DNA from: Lytechinus pictus | Taxonomy: Eukaryota | Assembly: GCF_037042905.1 (NCBI RefSeq) | Contig: NC_087261.1 | Span: forward strand, 13,702,001 to 13,766,000 | Direction: 5' to 3' | Length of the DNA stretch: 64,000 nt | Shown here: piece by piece, positions 45,970 to 60,531 of the stretch | Numbering within the stretch: the stretch's first letter is position 1 | Layout: each line of letters opens with the position of its first letter | The notes under the pieces: model-generated | Databases searched by the model: none | What the model saw: the letters and a program-made list of their open reading frames with translations, nothing else | What the model was told of the DNA's origin: nothing | Program-made: the position numbers and the translations under genes

Positions 45970-48270
45970 CTGTTCTGTTAATGTACAGTATGTGCGCAAT
46001 AAGACTGCCCTCATTCACGATTTCATCTGTGACAGCAAAGTTGACTTAGTTGCCATTGCAGAAACTCAATCATCATCAACGAAGTGGTCGCCGTGGCGGC
46101 GGGACTGGCCCTGTGTTTAGAGAGACAATTGATGTCCGTATGGCAGCTGCTGGTGAGAAGAACTCTTGAGTTTGCTGAATATCTTGTCTCGTTACAGCCA
46201 TTTCATATACAATTAATTAATATTTGAAGAGCTCACTTGCAAAAGGGGTTAGGTCCATTTTTCATCAAATTTTATTTTTATGTCTTAATGTATAGATTTT
46301 TAGTAGCTCTATAAGATGATACCAAAGAAAAGCTGAAATTCATATTAAAAAGTGAACTAAAATGGCAAAGAAAATCACTTTTTTTCAAAAGGGGTTAGGT
46401 CCATTTCAGTTTAGTTGCAAAAGGGGTTAGATCCACCCGGTTTTTTTTTGGAAAAGAATATCTTTAAAAATATGAAGACAGGTAGATTTTCTCTTATACC
46501 CAATTTTATGTTCTCATGGTAGGGTATCATGAAAATTCAGTTTCGCATAAGAATATTGCAATATGGGAGAATTAAAAAAATTATTTTCTTGGAGTGGACC
46601 TAACCCCTTTTGTAACTGAACTCTTCTGAAGAACTCATTTGTCAAAAAGGGTAAGGTCCATTTTTCATAAATTTTATTGTTTTCTGTCTCTAAACCTCTA
46701 AATTTTTAGTCACTCTGATGATACCAGAGACAATTTGAAATTCAAATGAAAACGTGAATGAAAGTGGCAAAGAAAAATCACCTTTTTAATCAAAAGAGAT
46801 TTGATTTATTTCAGTTTAGTTGCAAAAGGGGTTAGGTCCACAATGATATTTCTTTAAAAATATATAGAAAAAAATTGAAGACAGGTAGATTTCTTTTATA
46901 CCCAATTTTATGTTCACATGATAGGGTAGTACATCATGACAATTTAGTTTCTCATAAGAATATTGCAATAAGTGAGAATAAAAAACATGGTTTTTCTCGG
47001 AATGGTCCAAAGTGGACTTAACCCCTTTTGCAACTAAACTCTTCATTTACAGACCACCATACTCAGAATCTCATCCTGTAACAGTTTCATCATTCATATC
47101 AAGTTTAATGATTACAGCCAATGTCATTTGTTGTCTTATCTCCCATTGCTTATTGTTGGAGATTTTAATATCTGTGTGGATACTGTCAAAGCAGCTATAG
47201 AGGCAAGATCTTTCTCGGATCTGCTTGTATGAGTCTCTTTTTTGCACACAACTGGTTAATTTTAATCCTTTTAATACACATGTTCATGGTCATACCCTTG
47301 ACTTGATGATCTTGATGACCACACAGTTCTCTTTTGTGCGATCATAATTATTCCTACTATGCACTCTTAACTCATACAAACCTCTACTGCCTTCTAAAGT
47401 AATGTAATACCGTAGGCTTGGAGTAATTTATATTGATGCGATGAAGCTTGATATAGCAATCTTCTATATATAATCTTCGCAAACTACACCTTGTGATCTT
47501 GAGGAATTGGTCTCATTATATGATGTAATACTAAAAAGTATCTTAGATAAATATGCACCTGTCGTAACTAATTAATAAAGTTGTTCTGCGACCCCAAGTA
47601 CCTTGGTTCACTGATAATGTAAAGATCGCAAAAATACAGAAAAGGAAAGCTGAAAAGCGTTGGGCGGAGAATGATTGGAACACGTATAAGTCACTTCGCA
47701 ATCACATGTTGCATAATAGGTCCATGGTTAAATGATGCTCGTAGAATCCATCACAATGATTTAATTACTGAAAACGAAGGTGATCAAAAACAGTTATTTC
47801 GTGTTGTGAAGTCTTTGTTGAATATTGCGAACAAGCAACCTGTAATACCATACATTATTGACAAAGAGGGCTTTGTCGATGGATTTAGGCAAGTTTTTTT
47901 TTCAGAACAAAGTAATACAGATCCATGAAAATATTGAGTCAAGATTGAATGCAAGTAGCAATCCACAGACAAATTATCTTCAGGTTTCCTCCCATGATGT
48001 ACTCGACTTTAATAACTTTTCTCTTCTTTCAGAACATGATGATAGGAAACTTATAACCAAGTTCAGCAAAAAGTCTTGTGCATCGGACCCAATGCCCACA
48101 AAGATTCTTTTACAGTGTGTGGACACACTGATTCCCACCATCACATCTCTAATTAATCTCCCATCAATTGCCTTCTGGTCATTTTCCTTCGCAATGGAAA
48201 ACTGCTATAATTAAACCATTATTGCAAAACACCTGGTTTGGAAACAAAAAATTGTAATCTTCGGCCTGTT
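45970..48270 (+). mobile_element. Decayed CR1/L2-clade LINE ORF2 (APE endonuclease to start of RT)
   Basis: Motifs in order across broken frames: NVQYVRNK..DLVAIAET, GRRGGG, NIYRPP, VGDFNI, THVHGHTLDL, PWF, KSCASDPMPT, WKTAIIKPLL. Confidence 0.88.
46226..47044. mobile_element. Head-to-tail dimer of a Sola-like MITE inside the LINE
   Basis: Units 46226-46626 and 46628-47044 with GAAGAG...CTCTTC ends and TTGCAAAAGGGGTTAGGTCCA TIRs; 4-bp TSD ATTT. Removing the insert restores LINE N-I-Y-R-P-P. Confidence 0.82.
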
Positions 48271-49816
48271 AAAGTTACAAATATTTGAAAATTGAGACAG
48301 TTTCTTAACACATTCAATCAAGTAAATACCAAAGTAATTTTTTAACAGGGTAGTGAACGAGGCCACCCTAGCCTGCATGAGGGGAGTTCACTTAATTTGA
48401 CAGTCCGGACCTTTCGTTTGAGGACGCGCACGCTTATTTACGACGTTAGTTGATTTTGGAAGAGACTTTTTGGGCCCGTCATCATGGTCGTCCTGCAATG
48501 CAAATTGTGTGACATGAGATTTTTTTTTCGTTTCGCATCTGCGACGGAAACATTCAATATGCGTTTCGTGTGCAAAATTTTGGTTGCTACTATGGTAACA
48601 GCGATATATCTCGTTGAGGACGACTTTCCAAAGCCACATTTGACTCCTCCTAGAGCTCGAGAGGCCGCCCGGGGGGCCCACTTCCATTGATTAGTGGATC
48701 CCAGGAGCGACCACGCGTAAAAGGGGACAGAGTGGGCAGGTACGTTACGTATAGGCCTATGTAACGTTATAAGGGTGTCAAAACGATGTTTAAAATGCTG
48801 ACAAAAAAGGGATATCCAATACTTGTAGGGTTTCACAAGCCAAATTCTTGTTAAGAGATGCATTTTCATAATCTGGAAAAGAATTACTTCCCAGCTTGTT
48901 TAGGGTATTTTTCGAAACCCCATGGTCGTGCCTGGTATCCACTCATTAATGGAAGTGGTCCCCCCGGAATTTGAATCTAATCCCCATTTCTGGGGGAAGT
49001 AAAACATAATGCCCATTACATCGTGTGCGAGAGGCATATCGTTTGTGTAGAAGGAATAAACAAAAGAAACAAAAGAAACAAAAAGAAACGAGTTCAAATG
49101 TATTACATAATGGTGTGCACATATCAACTCACGCGAAATGTTCGGCTGGAGAGGTTGATCTGACCCATGAAATCAATTGCCAGTGATACACCAATAATCC
49201 ACATTAAATGTAATATCGATTCGATGGACTGTAATGATCTATATCTAAGCCTTCATTCAGTAAGTTTTTCCTCACTCAATATGTACTCGATTTGTTTGAA
49301 AAACCACTTTCTTATCCATGTCATAATCTATTTTAGGTCTTCATTTCGAATATCTCAAACCATCAGTCGTAATATACATGCTATGTATGGTGCGAGTGTC
49401 GCAGAAAAGGATTTTGCACACGAAAAGCAGATCTGTAGGGCCTGTAACCCCCCTGTAACACAAAGTTTAGCATTGATTGTAGAGCAGTTTTCTACGTTTG
49501 ATTCTATTGACTATAATGCACATTCAATCTTAAAAATCAAGTGTATGATTAAGCGTTAACTTTTGTGTTAGGGGACCCTAATATTAGCGTCCGTGAGGAT
49601 TGCGAAAGGTCCCAAGTATAACTTCGAGGACGCGGAAGCTCTCAGAAATGCCGTCAGAATTCACGCAAACAGCCATTATGTGATCCGTTTAGTCAGGACA
49701 TAGGCTAGTATATAGCGGGTGTTGCAATGAAGTATTTGCTAGCAGTTGTAAATATTCTGTTGCGATTTTACAATTTTTGATCACTTTCAACTGTAGCAAA
49801 TCAGATTACACTCCTT

Positions 49817-50627
49817 CACTGTAAAACAAAAATTACCTTGATATTTACTCAATTAAATCATGTTTAGAAACTGCCTTAATGTTTTAAAAAGTATTTATAA
49901 CTTTTTGCAAATTCAAGTAAAGTTTACTTGTTTTCTTTGCAGCCAATTACATGTAGGTTACACCAACTTAATTCAATTAAGTAAAAACAATCACTGCAAT
50001 GTTTAAAAAATGTTGGGGAGGCTTTCTGAGCATGCAGGTCCACTGTTCGTCCGACTTTTAAGGGCATCATTTCAACTCAGACATCTTTTATCCAATTATT
50101 AGACTTTTTCATTGTCGCTTACCTGTTCTTGATAGATACTGGCATATCTATTTTTACGCGATCGGTGCATCCTCCCGAATGAATCAATGATATATTTTCC
50201 GTGAACCAAAAGAAAAATCTATTCAATATGTTGATCTTCTCTTGATTCAATACAAATATAACTATTTTGCACACCCTAATCCAAATCAATTTTCAAACAC
50301 AACTAGATATGACAGTTATTTCATAAAAAATGACATTTGCTTGCTCTTAATGAATATTCATGTATTATGTGAATAAGGCTTTTATTGAAAAGTACAAGTA
50401 TAACATACATTTTTAAGTAATTATTTTTTTTTTGCGTAATAATTGGAGTTAAGTTTACTTAATCGAAGCAAGTGAGTATTACTTGAAATTTCCTAAATGT
50501 ATATTGAACCTTAAAATATCAAGTAAATTAAAAAAAAGTTTAGTATATTAAAAAAAATCCAGGAAAAATAGATTCTACTTACATACATAAAGTGGTAACT
50601 ACTTATGCTAAGAGTTTGTTTACAGTG
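49817..50627. mobile_element. CACTA/EnSpm-like non-autonomous element
   Basis: TT|CACTGTAAAACAAA ... TTTGTTTACAGTG|TT; appears nested in a small element with GTTGCAA/TTGCAAC ends (about 49718-50691). Confidence 0.65.
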
Positions 50628-51249
50628 TTATTAGAAGGAGCAGATTAGCAATCAAGAGACTTGTAATTGATGGCAAGTTTCTTGCAACGCCAAATTGGAG
50701 TTACTTTGCCATTATACGGTAACTACCAAGGCAACCGTAGCCCCAACAGCCAATCAAAACTCAGGTTTCAAGAGTAGTTACAACATAATGACAAAAATTG
50801 CAATAATTGTTTAAGTCTTTATGAAACGGGACTGATTACTATTCCGTCTCCATCTTCAAGGTATTTTTTTACAATTATCTATTTCAGACACTTCTCACAA
50901 ATCATGCAAATAACTTTCTTCTTGGAACAGTACATAGATTGTAATTTTCCGCTTATCGTCTCCAAGGTTTGAATGAATCTATTTTTTATTCCCTTTTTTC
51001 GGAAGGGGGGGGGGGTGTTTGGGGGGTCATAAATCATGCGTCAACCGATGATAAACCCGACAAGTTTAGGATTGTTTATCATTTTATTTATTTCATCTAT
51101 TATTGTTACATATTTTTTCAGGATAAAGATAAAACATGATCAGCCGAAGGCTACGATCATGGTCCTGACACACACACACAAAATATATACAAAACACAAT
51201 ATTATACCCCCCCCCCCCAAAAAAAAAAAAAAATAAATTCACCTACTTA

Positions 51250-51690
51250 CCCATCATACTAATTGCATTGCATAGACATTAAAAAAAAGGAAATTCGAAA
51301 ATATATTTCCCAGGAACAAACATTTCCAAGAAGAGGTCATATGAACCTGATGTATATTAAAACGCCTGTGCAACTGATTGTGTTTCTAGAACATGTGTAT
51401 GTCGTAGTTGGGGAAATTACAGTTATTAACACTGCACACATATTATCATTTCTGGATCCCAATGCATCATATATTACATTATTTTGTCTGCTTGTAAAAT
51501 GCCACAAATAAAAAATCACCTTTCCCCAAATGAACTTTGCTGTATCTGATATGTAATGATTTATGATAATGGGAGTGATGATTTATTTTTTTAATCATTG
51601 TTTTATTTTTGATTGCGGGTAGAAAAGAGATGAATAATTGAATAAAGGCAAAAACGGCAAATAAACTAAGGGAATTTATACGTTCATCAT
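51250..51690 (+). repeat. Diverged paralog of the type-B downstream flank (25.6-25.9 plus 27.3-27.45 kb; 36.1-36.8 kb)
   Basis: Shared blocks CCAGGAACA, ATGAACCTG, TGATTGTGTTTCTAGAA, TGCCACAAA..TCACCTTTCCCCAAATG. Confidence 0.7.
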
Positions 51691-51693
51691 TAA

Positions 51694-52270
51694 AGGGATA
51701 CTCCATGCAGGCTGAATATAAATAGAGAAAAATCAGACAAACAGAACACTGAAAATTTGATCAAAATCGGACAACGAATAACAAAGTAATGGTATTTTAA
51801 ATATGTACATTATTCCGGTGAAACAGTTTTAGAATGTCTTCATGAATATTCAGTGAGCAAATTGATGATGTCATATCCCCACTTGTTTTTTTTTTATTTT
51901 ATTTATATGAAATAAGGTTTATTCAATTTTTTTTCTACCAAGAACTAAACAAAAAATGGATTGGCAACTGATTTAGTACGCTAGATACTAATTGCTGCAA
52001 ATCATAAGAGACACATTATTCACACATTTATTGTATGAAAAAATGGAACAATTATGATTTCATGAGGAAAGTGGGAATGTGACATCATCAGCCCACCTAA
52101 TGAAAATTCATGATGACGTGCATATAACTATTTTCACAAAATAATGCTAAACTTTAAAATTCAATAACTTTGTTATTTGTAATTCGATTTCGATAAAATT
52201 TTCAGCCTTTTGCTCTGTTAATTTTACTATATTTATTTAGATACAAATATTTTCAGCCTGGAGTACCCCT
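51694..52270. mobile_element. Kolobok-like MITE (family of 2307-2915)
   Basis: TTAA|AGGGATACTCCA ... TGGAGTACCCCT|TTAA. Confidence 0.82.
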
Positions 52271-52274
52271 TTAA

Positions 52275-53346
52275 CCCTATACAAGAACTGGGGGCATGAT
52301 GCCCCCTTCAACGCTTTCCGCGATATTTCCGAAACCCAAAAAGAGAAAGCCGCAAAATTTTATGACTTTTTTCTTTAAATTTAGTCTCTAGCAACTTTTG
52401 AGACCAAATTCGTCATGTACGGGTAATAGTATCGCGATGCCACATGACTTTTTATGAATGTCATGCCGAAAATGGCTTATTTTTATACTCTGTGAACAAA
52501 GTCTATGGGAGATTAAATTCATAAAAGGGTGATTTTTTCATTCTTATTGGTCTGCTTAATTGGTTTAGGGTTTAATCTAGTTGTTAAATGGTCTGCAAAA
52601 ATTTCCATTAAAAAAAAGAAAAACAAAAGATAAAAAACAAAGAAATACATAAGAAACTCTGAAAAAAAAAATACATAAGGAAAAATTTGGCTTTCGCAAT
52701 TTTTTTAATTTGTGGAAACCTTTGAATAAGATTACACAGATGACATCTGAGAAAAAAAAAATGAAAATTTGAAGTGAAAGTGGGTGTTAAATATGCAAAT
52801 AAGGTTTTTCACGAATAAATTTGCATATTTAATTCATAATAAATTTAAAGAAATATCGGAATTTATTTTTTATATTGGCTTTCTTTTATGTGGTAAAAAT
52901 GTGCGTTCCAAATTTTGACACAATCGCGCGAGCGGCGGCCGAGATCATTATGCGGGCATCTTGTGTGTGTGTGTGTATTTGAGTTTTGTCAGACGTGTAT
53001 CAATCAGATATGATTATTTACGTCTTGGATCGACCTTTAACGTCACCATCCGAAAGACGTGACCTGGGGAGTGTTTCATCAACATTTTCATCCGACAAGT
53101 TGTCAGATCTGACATCTTTCTCTGATGTTGATTGGCTGAGAGGTACTGTTACTATGGTAACTGTCGGATAAAGTGGGACTTGTCGGATAAAACGTCCGAC
53201 AAGTCCTTTCATGAAACGCTGCCCAGGGCTCGAACCTCTGCATCAATTTGTAACTTCCCCACATAGCTTGGATTACAGACGCACGCCACAACGCCACAAT
53301 GCCCCCCATCCTCAATACATCTCAAATTAGCCCAGTCCTTTTAGGG
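52275..53346. mobile_element. piggyBac-like MITE with nested Harbinger-like MITE (53067-53223)
   Basis: TTAA|CCCTA...ACTGGG ... CCCAGT...TAGGG|TTAA. Confidence 0.78.
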
Positions 53347-53350
53347 TTAA

Positions 53351-53734
53351 AGGACAAATCAACCCTCAACAAAACGTTGGCTTGAATAAAAAGAGAAAAA
53401 CCAAACAAGCATAATTTTATGTAGCTCTGAAAATATCAAAATCGGATGTAAAATAAGAAAGTTATAATATTTTAAAGTTTTGCCTAATTTCACAACATAA
53501 TTATATTCACATCCTGGTTGGTATGCAAATGAGGAGACTGATGACATCAACCACTCACTATTTCTTTTGAACTTCATTACATGGAATATGAAATATTCCA
53601 ATTTTTGTGAAAAGTAAGCGAATCTTCTAAATGTCATTCCTTATAAATCCGATTTTATGAAATTTCCAGTGTTATGCTTTTTTATTTTTCTCTTTTGTTT
53701 TATTCAAAAGAACTTTTATCTGAGGTGGACTTGA
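53351..53734. mobile_element. Internally deleted Kolobok-like MITE (family of 45088-45691)
   Basis: TTAA|AGGACAAATCAACCC ... GAGGTGGACTTGAC. Confidence 0.75.
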
Positions 53735-56289
53735 CAATTTTTGCAAAACGTTGCATAACATTATTCACGTATTCTCGGCATGTTCATCATGGTTTTAATG
53801 GTTCTAGTTTGTCGTTTAAATGATTTTGAAGAGCAAAGTATGTGATAAAAATGGTACACGACATGCTCGAGGGAAGGGGTATATAAGAGAGAAAGGGAGA
53901 GGGGGAGAGCGAAAGAATTAAGGGGGGGGGGAAAGAAAGAGCTAGTGAGAGGGGAAATCAGGAAACGAATTAGCTCAGTCGGTAAAGCGTCTGCCTGTCG
54001 AACCATAGACCTACTGTATCATCGAACCGAAGTTCTCGGGACGGTTCGGGTGTCCCTCACCTGTTCCATAGATGCAGACATGGGTGTCAAATTCAGGGGG
54101 GGGGGGGGGTGGCCTCCCCTTAATATGTCAGGTGGGGGGAGGTGGCCTGTGTTATCATCCCCCAAAAATTCACGGCCGAACATTATGTTTGATGAATCCA
54201 TATTATGTATGATAATACTTAATCATCATAATCAAAAAAATTATCATCAAAATCATGAACATAATTATAATACCTACAATTATGTATAATCAAGGAGATA
54301 TCACCACTATCCGTGGTATAATGAATCATAATTATGAAAATGATCGTGATGATAGGATGGACTAAAAGATGATCATAATGAGATCACGATGGTGGTAGTT
54401 TTGATTCTCGTATGATGACCATCATTTTTTTCTCGAAATATTCATATTTTATTAATACTTAATGAAACATTCCTTCACTCAGAAACTGCTAGAATTGGAT
54501 GGATGGAAAGAGAGGAAATTCCCAGATGTAACAGATGAACATGATTATGTTTTCATACAAGACATTATCCTTTTATTCAATTTACCTCTCCCCGCGATCA
54601 AGCGCATGGGATGCGTCTCATTTATTTTTCATCATCCTTTTGGATGTCACTCCATTTCTGTTAGTATTCTTGATTCATAAATATAATGCAACATAAGGGG
54701 AAAACAAACAAAAGAAATTAGCAGTGAAATTTCAAAGAGGTTATACAAGGAAAATAAGCATGAAATCGACAAGTCCTAAAAAATGCTCATTATTTCAGGC
54801 TCTTAGCACGTTTTTTTTTCCAAAAAACTTTCAGCTTGCGCTTCGCGCTGTATTACTGTTATAGTCTTCACAAGTCATGTACACATGTATTACCTAAGCT
54901 TATGGTAGATATAAAGCTAAAACGTACTTAAAACTTTAGTCTTATCATGTTTAAATCTATCACAAAATGTGAATTTTGTTTTCTTTAAAAGGTTTTAAAA
55001 TCTCTCTCGCTTGGCTCTTTTTTTTCCTAAATAAAAATGTGCCCATTCTAAAATGTCTGGCCCCTAAAAATGTTAGACTCGCTATGGCATTGACCCCCCT
55101 TGACTAAAAAAACACTAAAAATAAACAGCTAGGAACAATAATTATGACAGTCAGCCCCCCCCCCCTCCCCGACACCATTAACACGGATTGACACCCATGG
55201 ATGCAGGCTAAGTTGTGGAAAACACTCCGTCCCTTGGATTGGACTATGAATGAAGGCCATGTGTAAAGGAGAGTCATGCAATGCTGCTGCAAGAACCCAC
55301 GATCGTATAAAAGTAAGGGAAACTCTGGTGTAGTGGTCCACCTGCACCCCCCCCCCCATTAGGAGAGACCAGCGGGTGAATCATTTCGCTTTTTTGCCCC
55401 CCCCCTCCCAGGCATATTATGCCAAACAATAAAAGAGAATGAGATGAGAAAGCCAGAAACAAACCTTTTGAAATGAAATATCTAAAAGTTATAACTGCAA
55501 ATAAATAAATGTGAGAGAGAGAGAGAGAGAGGGGGGGGGGGATGAAGGAATTAAAAAAAGGAAGGAACGAAAGGAAGGAAGAAAGACAAACAAACCTGTT
55601 TTTTTTTTTATTGGGGGGGGGGGGGTGAGGGGCATTCTCAGGTCCCAACATATGGGCTTAAGGGGATAAAATTTATATACAAACACGTACTATATTTTAT
55701 TGAGGGGTTAAACTTTTATTATTAGTAGTAGTATTATTTTACATTTACAGAGAAACTAAAGAGAGTGGGAGCTAAGCGACAAAGTTTATCAAACATGTCA
55801 AATGACATTCCGCATTTTTTTCAATTGTAAAATTGAAGGATTTCGAACACAATATTGAATAATCTACTCGACAGATATTTTAAGAAAGCATTCCACAATT
55901 GATAAAATATATTCGCGCGCGAAGTGCCTTGCAAGATGGCTGCCTAATCTTCATCCTCCTCTTTGGAAGGTAGTGAAAACGCGTTTTGCCCCCACGTTTT
56001 TTTTTTGTTTTAGAAGAGTGGCCCATGAACCCTAAAAGAAGTTGGTTCAATTTTATAGAAAATAATTTACCACAAGTCATATAGCCTGGCCTGCCTGGGC
56101 CATGTTATTAAACGATTTCAATTTCATTTTCTTGTTATGGTACAACTAGTAAATAATATAGATCGTACTGTATATTATAAATAATCACTTTTTCTTTCTT
56201 TAAGAAAGGAGAAGAATAAGCTAAGAAGAAGAAGAGAAAGCGAAAAGGTGATAATGATAACAAAAGAAGAATGGGGAAAAACGGCAAGG

Positions 56290-56370
56290 GATGGCGCCAT
56301 CTGCGATGAATCGAGGGTTAGTTTGCAACATTTTTCTCAGACATAAATTTTGCAGCTGAAAAAATGGCGC
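56290..56370 (+). promoter_or_regulatory. IFT52 proximal promoter motifs
   Basis: Palindromic YY1-type GATGGCGCCATC (56290-56301), degenerate X-box-like GTTAGTTTGCAAC (56317-56329), AAAATGGCG over the start codon. Confidence 0.45.
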
Positions 56371-56381
56371 CGACCACAAGG
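56364..56381 (+). CDS. IFT52: IFT52 coding exon 1 (MAPTTR)
   Basis: AAAATGGCG start context, AGG|gtaaga donor, phase 0 matching exon 2, CpG-richer surroundings. Confidence 0.7.
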
Positions 56382-58840
56382 GTAAGACTCAATTTTGTTG
56401 AGATTATTGCGTATTTATGGTTATCCATGCAGTTTATTCAGGATTATTTGATATATTTAGTATTCGAAGTTAATTTCAAATCATCTTAAAATGTGCTATA
56501 AGTTTTACGAAGCGGAGAAAGTACGATTTCAAAATGGTAACCAAGTTGCAGGCGTTGTTGACAACGAAGGCACCTCCATTTTCGGCGGTGCAACAGCGCG
56601 GAAGCTCCCCGTGCTTCTCCGTGGACGTGACCGGTGCAGCTGCAGGTTCGTTTTGTTCGTCACAGACACACTCACACAGGGAGGCGCGGGCTTGGTTAAA
56701 GTACTGTATCCACTCACAGTTAGCCTGGCGGCTTCTTGAGAGTAAAAATCATTTACTAATGTAGGCTTACTCTAAACGAAGCCAGGGAGTCCTCCCTATT
56801 CATCTGCGTGTAGGCCTACCGCAAAAAACCCTGAAACTTTCGCCCCCGAGATTTCTATCTACTTTCCTTCTAAAACAAAAGATCTAGGCCTAGCTCTAAA
56901 TCATGTAGGATGGGGGGTCGGGTGTCCTGACACTTAATATTTTTGAAGCCTTCTTTTTTGTCTTTGGATTACACCAAAAATATAAATTCAATAGTTGTAA
57001 CCATCTTCTATTTTGTTCTCTATGATATTTCCTAACATTTTGTACTAAAAATTGATGAAACTTCGCTTGTAATTTTTGCAAATGACTTTCTAAAATTGAT
57101 CGTCCGGACACACAACCCGTCCGGACACACAACAACTGGGTATAGATGGGATAAAACTTCATTTCCGATATTTCTACACTCGTTATTTTTTAACAAGAAT
57201 TCGTAAAAAAAAATGAAAAAATATTGTGAAAAGACGGAAGAGACTTGACCTAGGGAACTTTGACCGATGTTTACGCCGCCATCTTGTTTCTTATTGTACT
57301 TCCCCAACGTTACGCGACGCTCGCGTCACTACTAGTGCGACTGCGAGGTTAGTATAAACTAACCTTGCTCCAACAATGATTCTATACCTACATGTAGTTT
57401 ACGATGTTGCCGTAAATGTGGTAGGCCTAGGCCTAATTATTTTTTTAATTGGTTTTGTATAAACTATAATTAAATTGTGAATATTTTGTGAACAAATTTA
57501 AGCCTGATGAATATTTTTTAAATGTCCGCGAAATTTGGACACCCCATCATACTTAGTTTCCATTTGGTTAGAGTGAAGTGCCGAAATATCGGACACTTGA
57601 CTTAAGCATGATTGGACCAAAACAAAAAATACAAATATTACAATCATTGAATCAAATAAACTGATAAAAATCATGTTTATTTCCGTAGTACAAATGTTGA
57701 ATATTAATGAATGTCATAAAAAAAATAGAATTGAAAAAAATATGGTAAACGGAAATTATTTACTTTCTACCAGAAGCTTGTTTTTTTGCCAAATATCGAA
57801 TGCAGAACAAATATCAGACGCGTAGAGTTGTGCGCCGCGATCAATTTGGCGATTTAAATTGCGCTCTAGACCCCAAAATAATTGCTTAATTGTTGATTAA
57901 ATAATTTACTTAAGTTGCGCAAATGCCTATTTGAATTATTACTATTAATTATTTTGATATAGAAATCAGTAAATAATGATAATTTATTACCAAACGGACC
58001 TCTTTCGGCTCTGAACATCGGACGTCTTTGCTCAGCTGCGCGCGACTTCGTTCTGAAAACGAGCGCGCGTGCGTCAACAGCACGCATTTCCAATTCAATC
58101 GGCCGATTTGTGCGTTGTTTTGGATCGTGCTATATTTGGAAGGGTGTCGAATTTCCAGCCGTAGGGAGCCCCCGCAGCAGCCATTGCAGATTTTTTTTGC
58201 GATAGATCGATGTGTAATCTCGGCGGCGATATTTCTGGCAGCAGAAGTCATATCCTCCTTACAAGATTTTTTTTGGTCAATTTCTCATCGATCTTTTGGA
58301 GTCCATAATTAGCGAGGGTCATAAGAATCTTTGGAAGTCAAAATTATGGCTTTTACCACTGGAATATTCTTTTTGAGCAGCAACCTGGATCTACTGTGTG
58401 CACACCGGCACAGAGTATGCCTACCTCAGGCAATGGTTCGTGTAGGCTCCACTTACACTTCACTACCCCTCCCTTCCGCTACACCTACCCAAACCCTCAG
58501 GCGATAAATACTCGCTCTCAAAAACCAGTGACAAACTCACTTTTTGGTAAAAAAGGCAACACGTTTTAAAAATTACACTAAGTGTACTCTACAGTGACTA
58601 AACTTAGTATCGGACATAGACTCACTCCTTGCCCTTGTAAACGTCTCAAAATTGGGGTTTTTAAGCTGGTTTGCAGTACCCCACACTTATTAATTCACCG
58701 CCAAATCCAAAATGGTGAACGCGAATTGTGCATTGTTTTGCTCTAGCTTTTTAGTCATTCGTGCGATTTTACTCTGATGAGTGCATGTCGAAAAGCTTCA
58801 GCATGTCAGTTTTTAAGGCTATTTTACGATTATACATGTA

Positions 58841-60531
58841 GGGGAGACCGGGGTTAGTTGGAACATGGGGTAAGTTGAAACATTGTAATTTTCTTTAACG
58901 TCTTTATATAAATTTCTGCAATACTGCCCTCAATTTATTGTCATTATCGACAGCCATCCACCATATTACAGACAACACATGTGCAACAAGCCTGGTGAAG
59001 TTAGAAAGGAATTTTTGTTTTTTGACCTGAGTAATTTTATTCTCTTTCAGAAATGTTTGATTATCTCAGACAAGTTTATAGATCAAGTTGGCCAGTTTAT
59101 AATAGACACTTATACCAAGCTACAAAATGAAGTTATCAACATGTCATGGTGAAGTCCCTTTTTTGAGCTGTAAGCTTATAAACGTCAAATGGGCCTCCGG
59201 GGTTAGTTGGAACAACATTGAAGGGGCTAGTTGGAACATGTTCCAACTTACCCCAAACATAATTATGAATAAAAACATTGGATATGAGAAAAAATATATA
59301 AAGTATTTCACACTCTTCTGAACATGTATTGTATACCATGCTTGTTTTGTTTATCAGTTAGGTCTGAGTGTGCATTTAAGGCCTATTGTAGGCCCCTAAT
59401 GCAGTATTAACCCTTATCAAACTGGGGGGTCAGTTTGAGCCCCCCCCCCCCCCCCCCCCGAGAAAATTGTCTCTATGCCGTCGCACAAATTTTTTTTACT
59501 ACACTGCTCGCTGACTTTTTACTTTCAAGTCTTACGCATCATTTGAGACCAAATTTGCGATGCCCGTGTGTGCGGTCTCGAAATTACGCAACATTTTGTA
59601 CGTGCATGTTCAGACCCGAAATTGTTCAAAAAACGTGATTCCATGTACAAGGTCAATGCAAATTGTGTTTTTCAACCAAAAGTCATAAATGTATGATTAT
59701 TTTTTTACTTTTGCTGGTTCAAATAGATTCATTTTATGCTATTTATGATCGCAAAAGAGTCCCGACAAAGTTCATCAGAAAAAACAAAGGTTCGAAAAAA
59801 CAAAATACAAATAAAAAAAAACATATTAAAAATACATAAGAAATTATATTTTTTGCAATTTTTTGTGAATATTTATTATAAATGTGAAAAATGATACTCT
59901 CTCCAAAAATTAGCAATCTACTAGCTTAATAAATAGAGTTAAAGGCAAAAACATACACAAAAAAAAACAAATTTCATATGCTTATTTGCACAAATTAATT
60001 AATGAAAAAAGTCTAAACAATTAATTTTTGTCTTATAAATTTGATGCAGAAGTACATGAAATTGCCGATAGTACACTTAATTGCATGTAAAATCAGACGC
60101 ACCCAAATATGCAGAATTCTACTACACAGTCTGATTGCGTGAGTGGCTGTATAATAGAAAACATAAAGTTCAAAGAATCCACACTTTAAATATTTTGAAC
60201 TTGAACAAAATAAAGCAAATAGGCTTAAACCATGTAATATTACAGTTTTAAGTAGCTTTAGTATAATTCTTAATTGACCATGCAGTGTTCCAACTTACCC
60301 CATACCATGTTCCAACTTACCCCGTATTGGGGTAAGTTGGAACGTTTGCGATGGTCTTGTTCAAGGTGGATTTTTTTCAGTAACCATAATAGAGTTAAAA
60401 ATTTTATGGGGTACAATTGAAGCCCTTAGATATATGCTTCAAGCTGATATATTGATTGTTTCTCGAATAAAATCTATTTGGATTTTACAGCCATTTTTGT
60501 CAAAAATGTTCCAACTAATCCCGGTCTCCCC
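58841..60531. mobile_element. TA-flanked TIR element in IFT52 intron 1 with nested piggyBac-like fragment (from 59411)
   Basis: TA|GGGGAGACCGGGGTTAGTTGGAACA ... TGTTCCAACTAATCCCGGTCTCCCC|TA; internal GGGGTAAGTTGGAAC subrepeats in both orientations. Confidence 0.82.
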
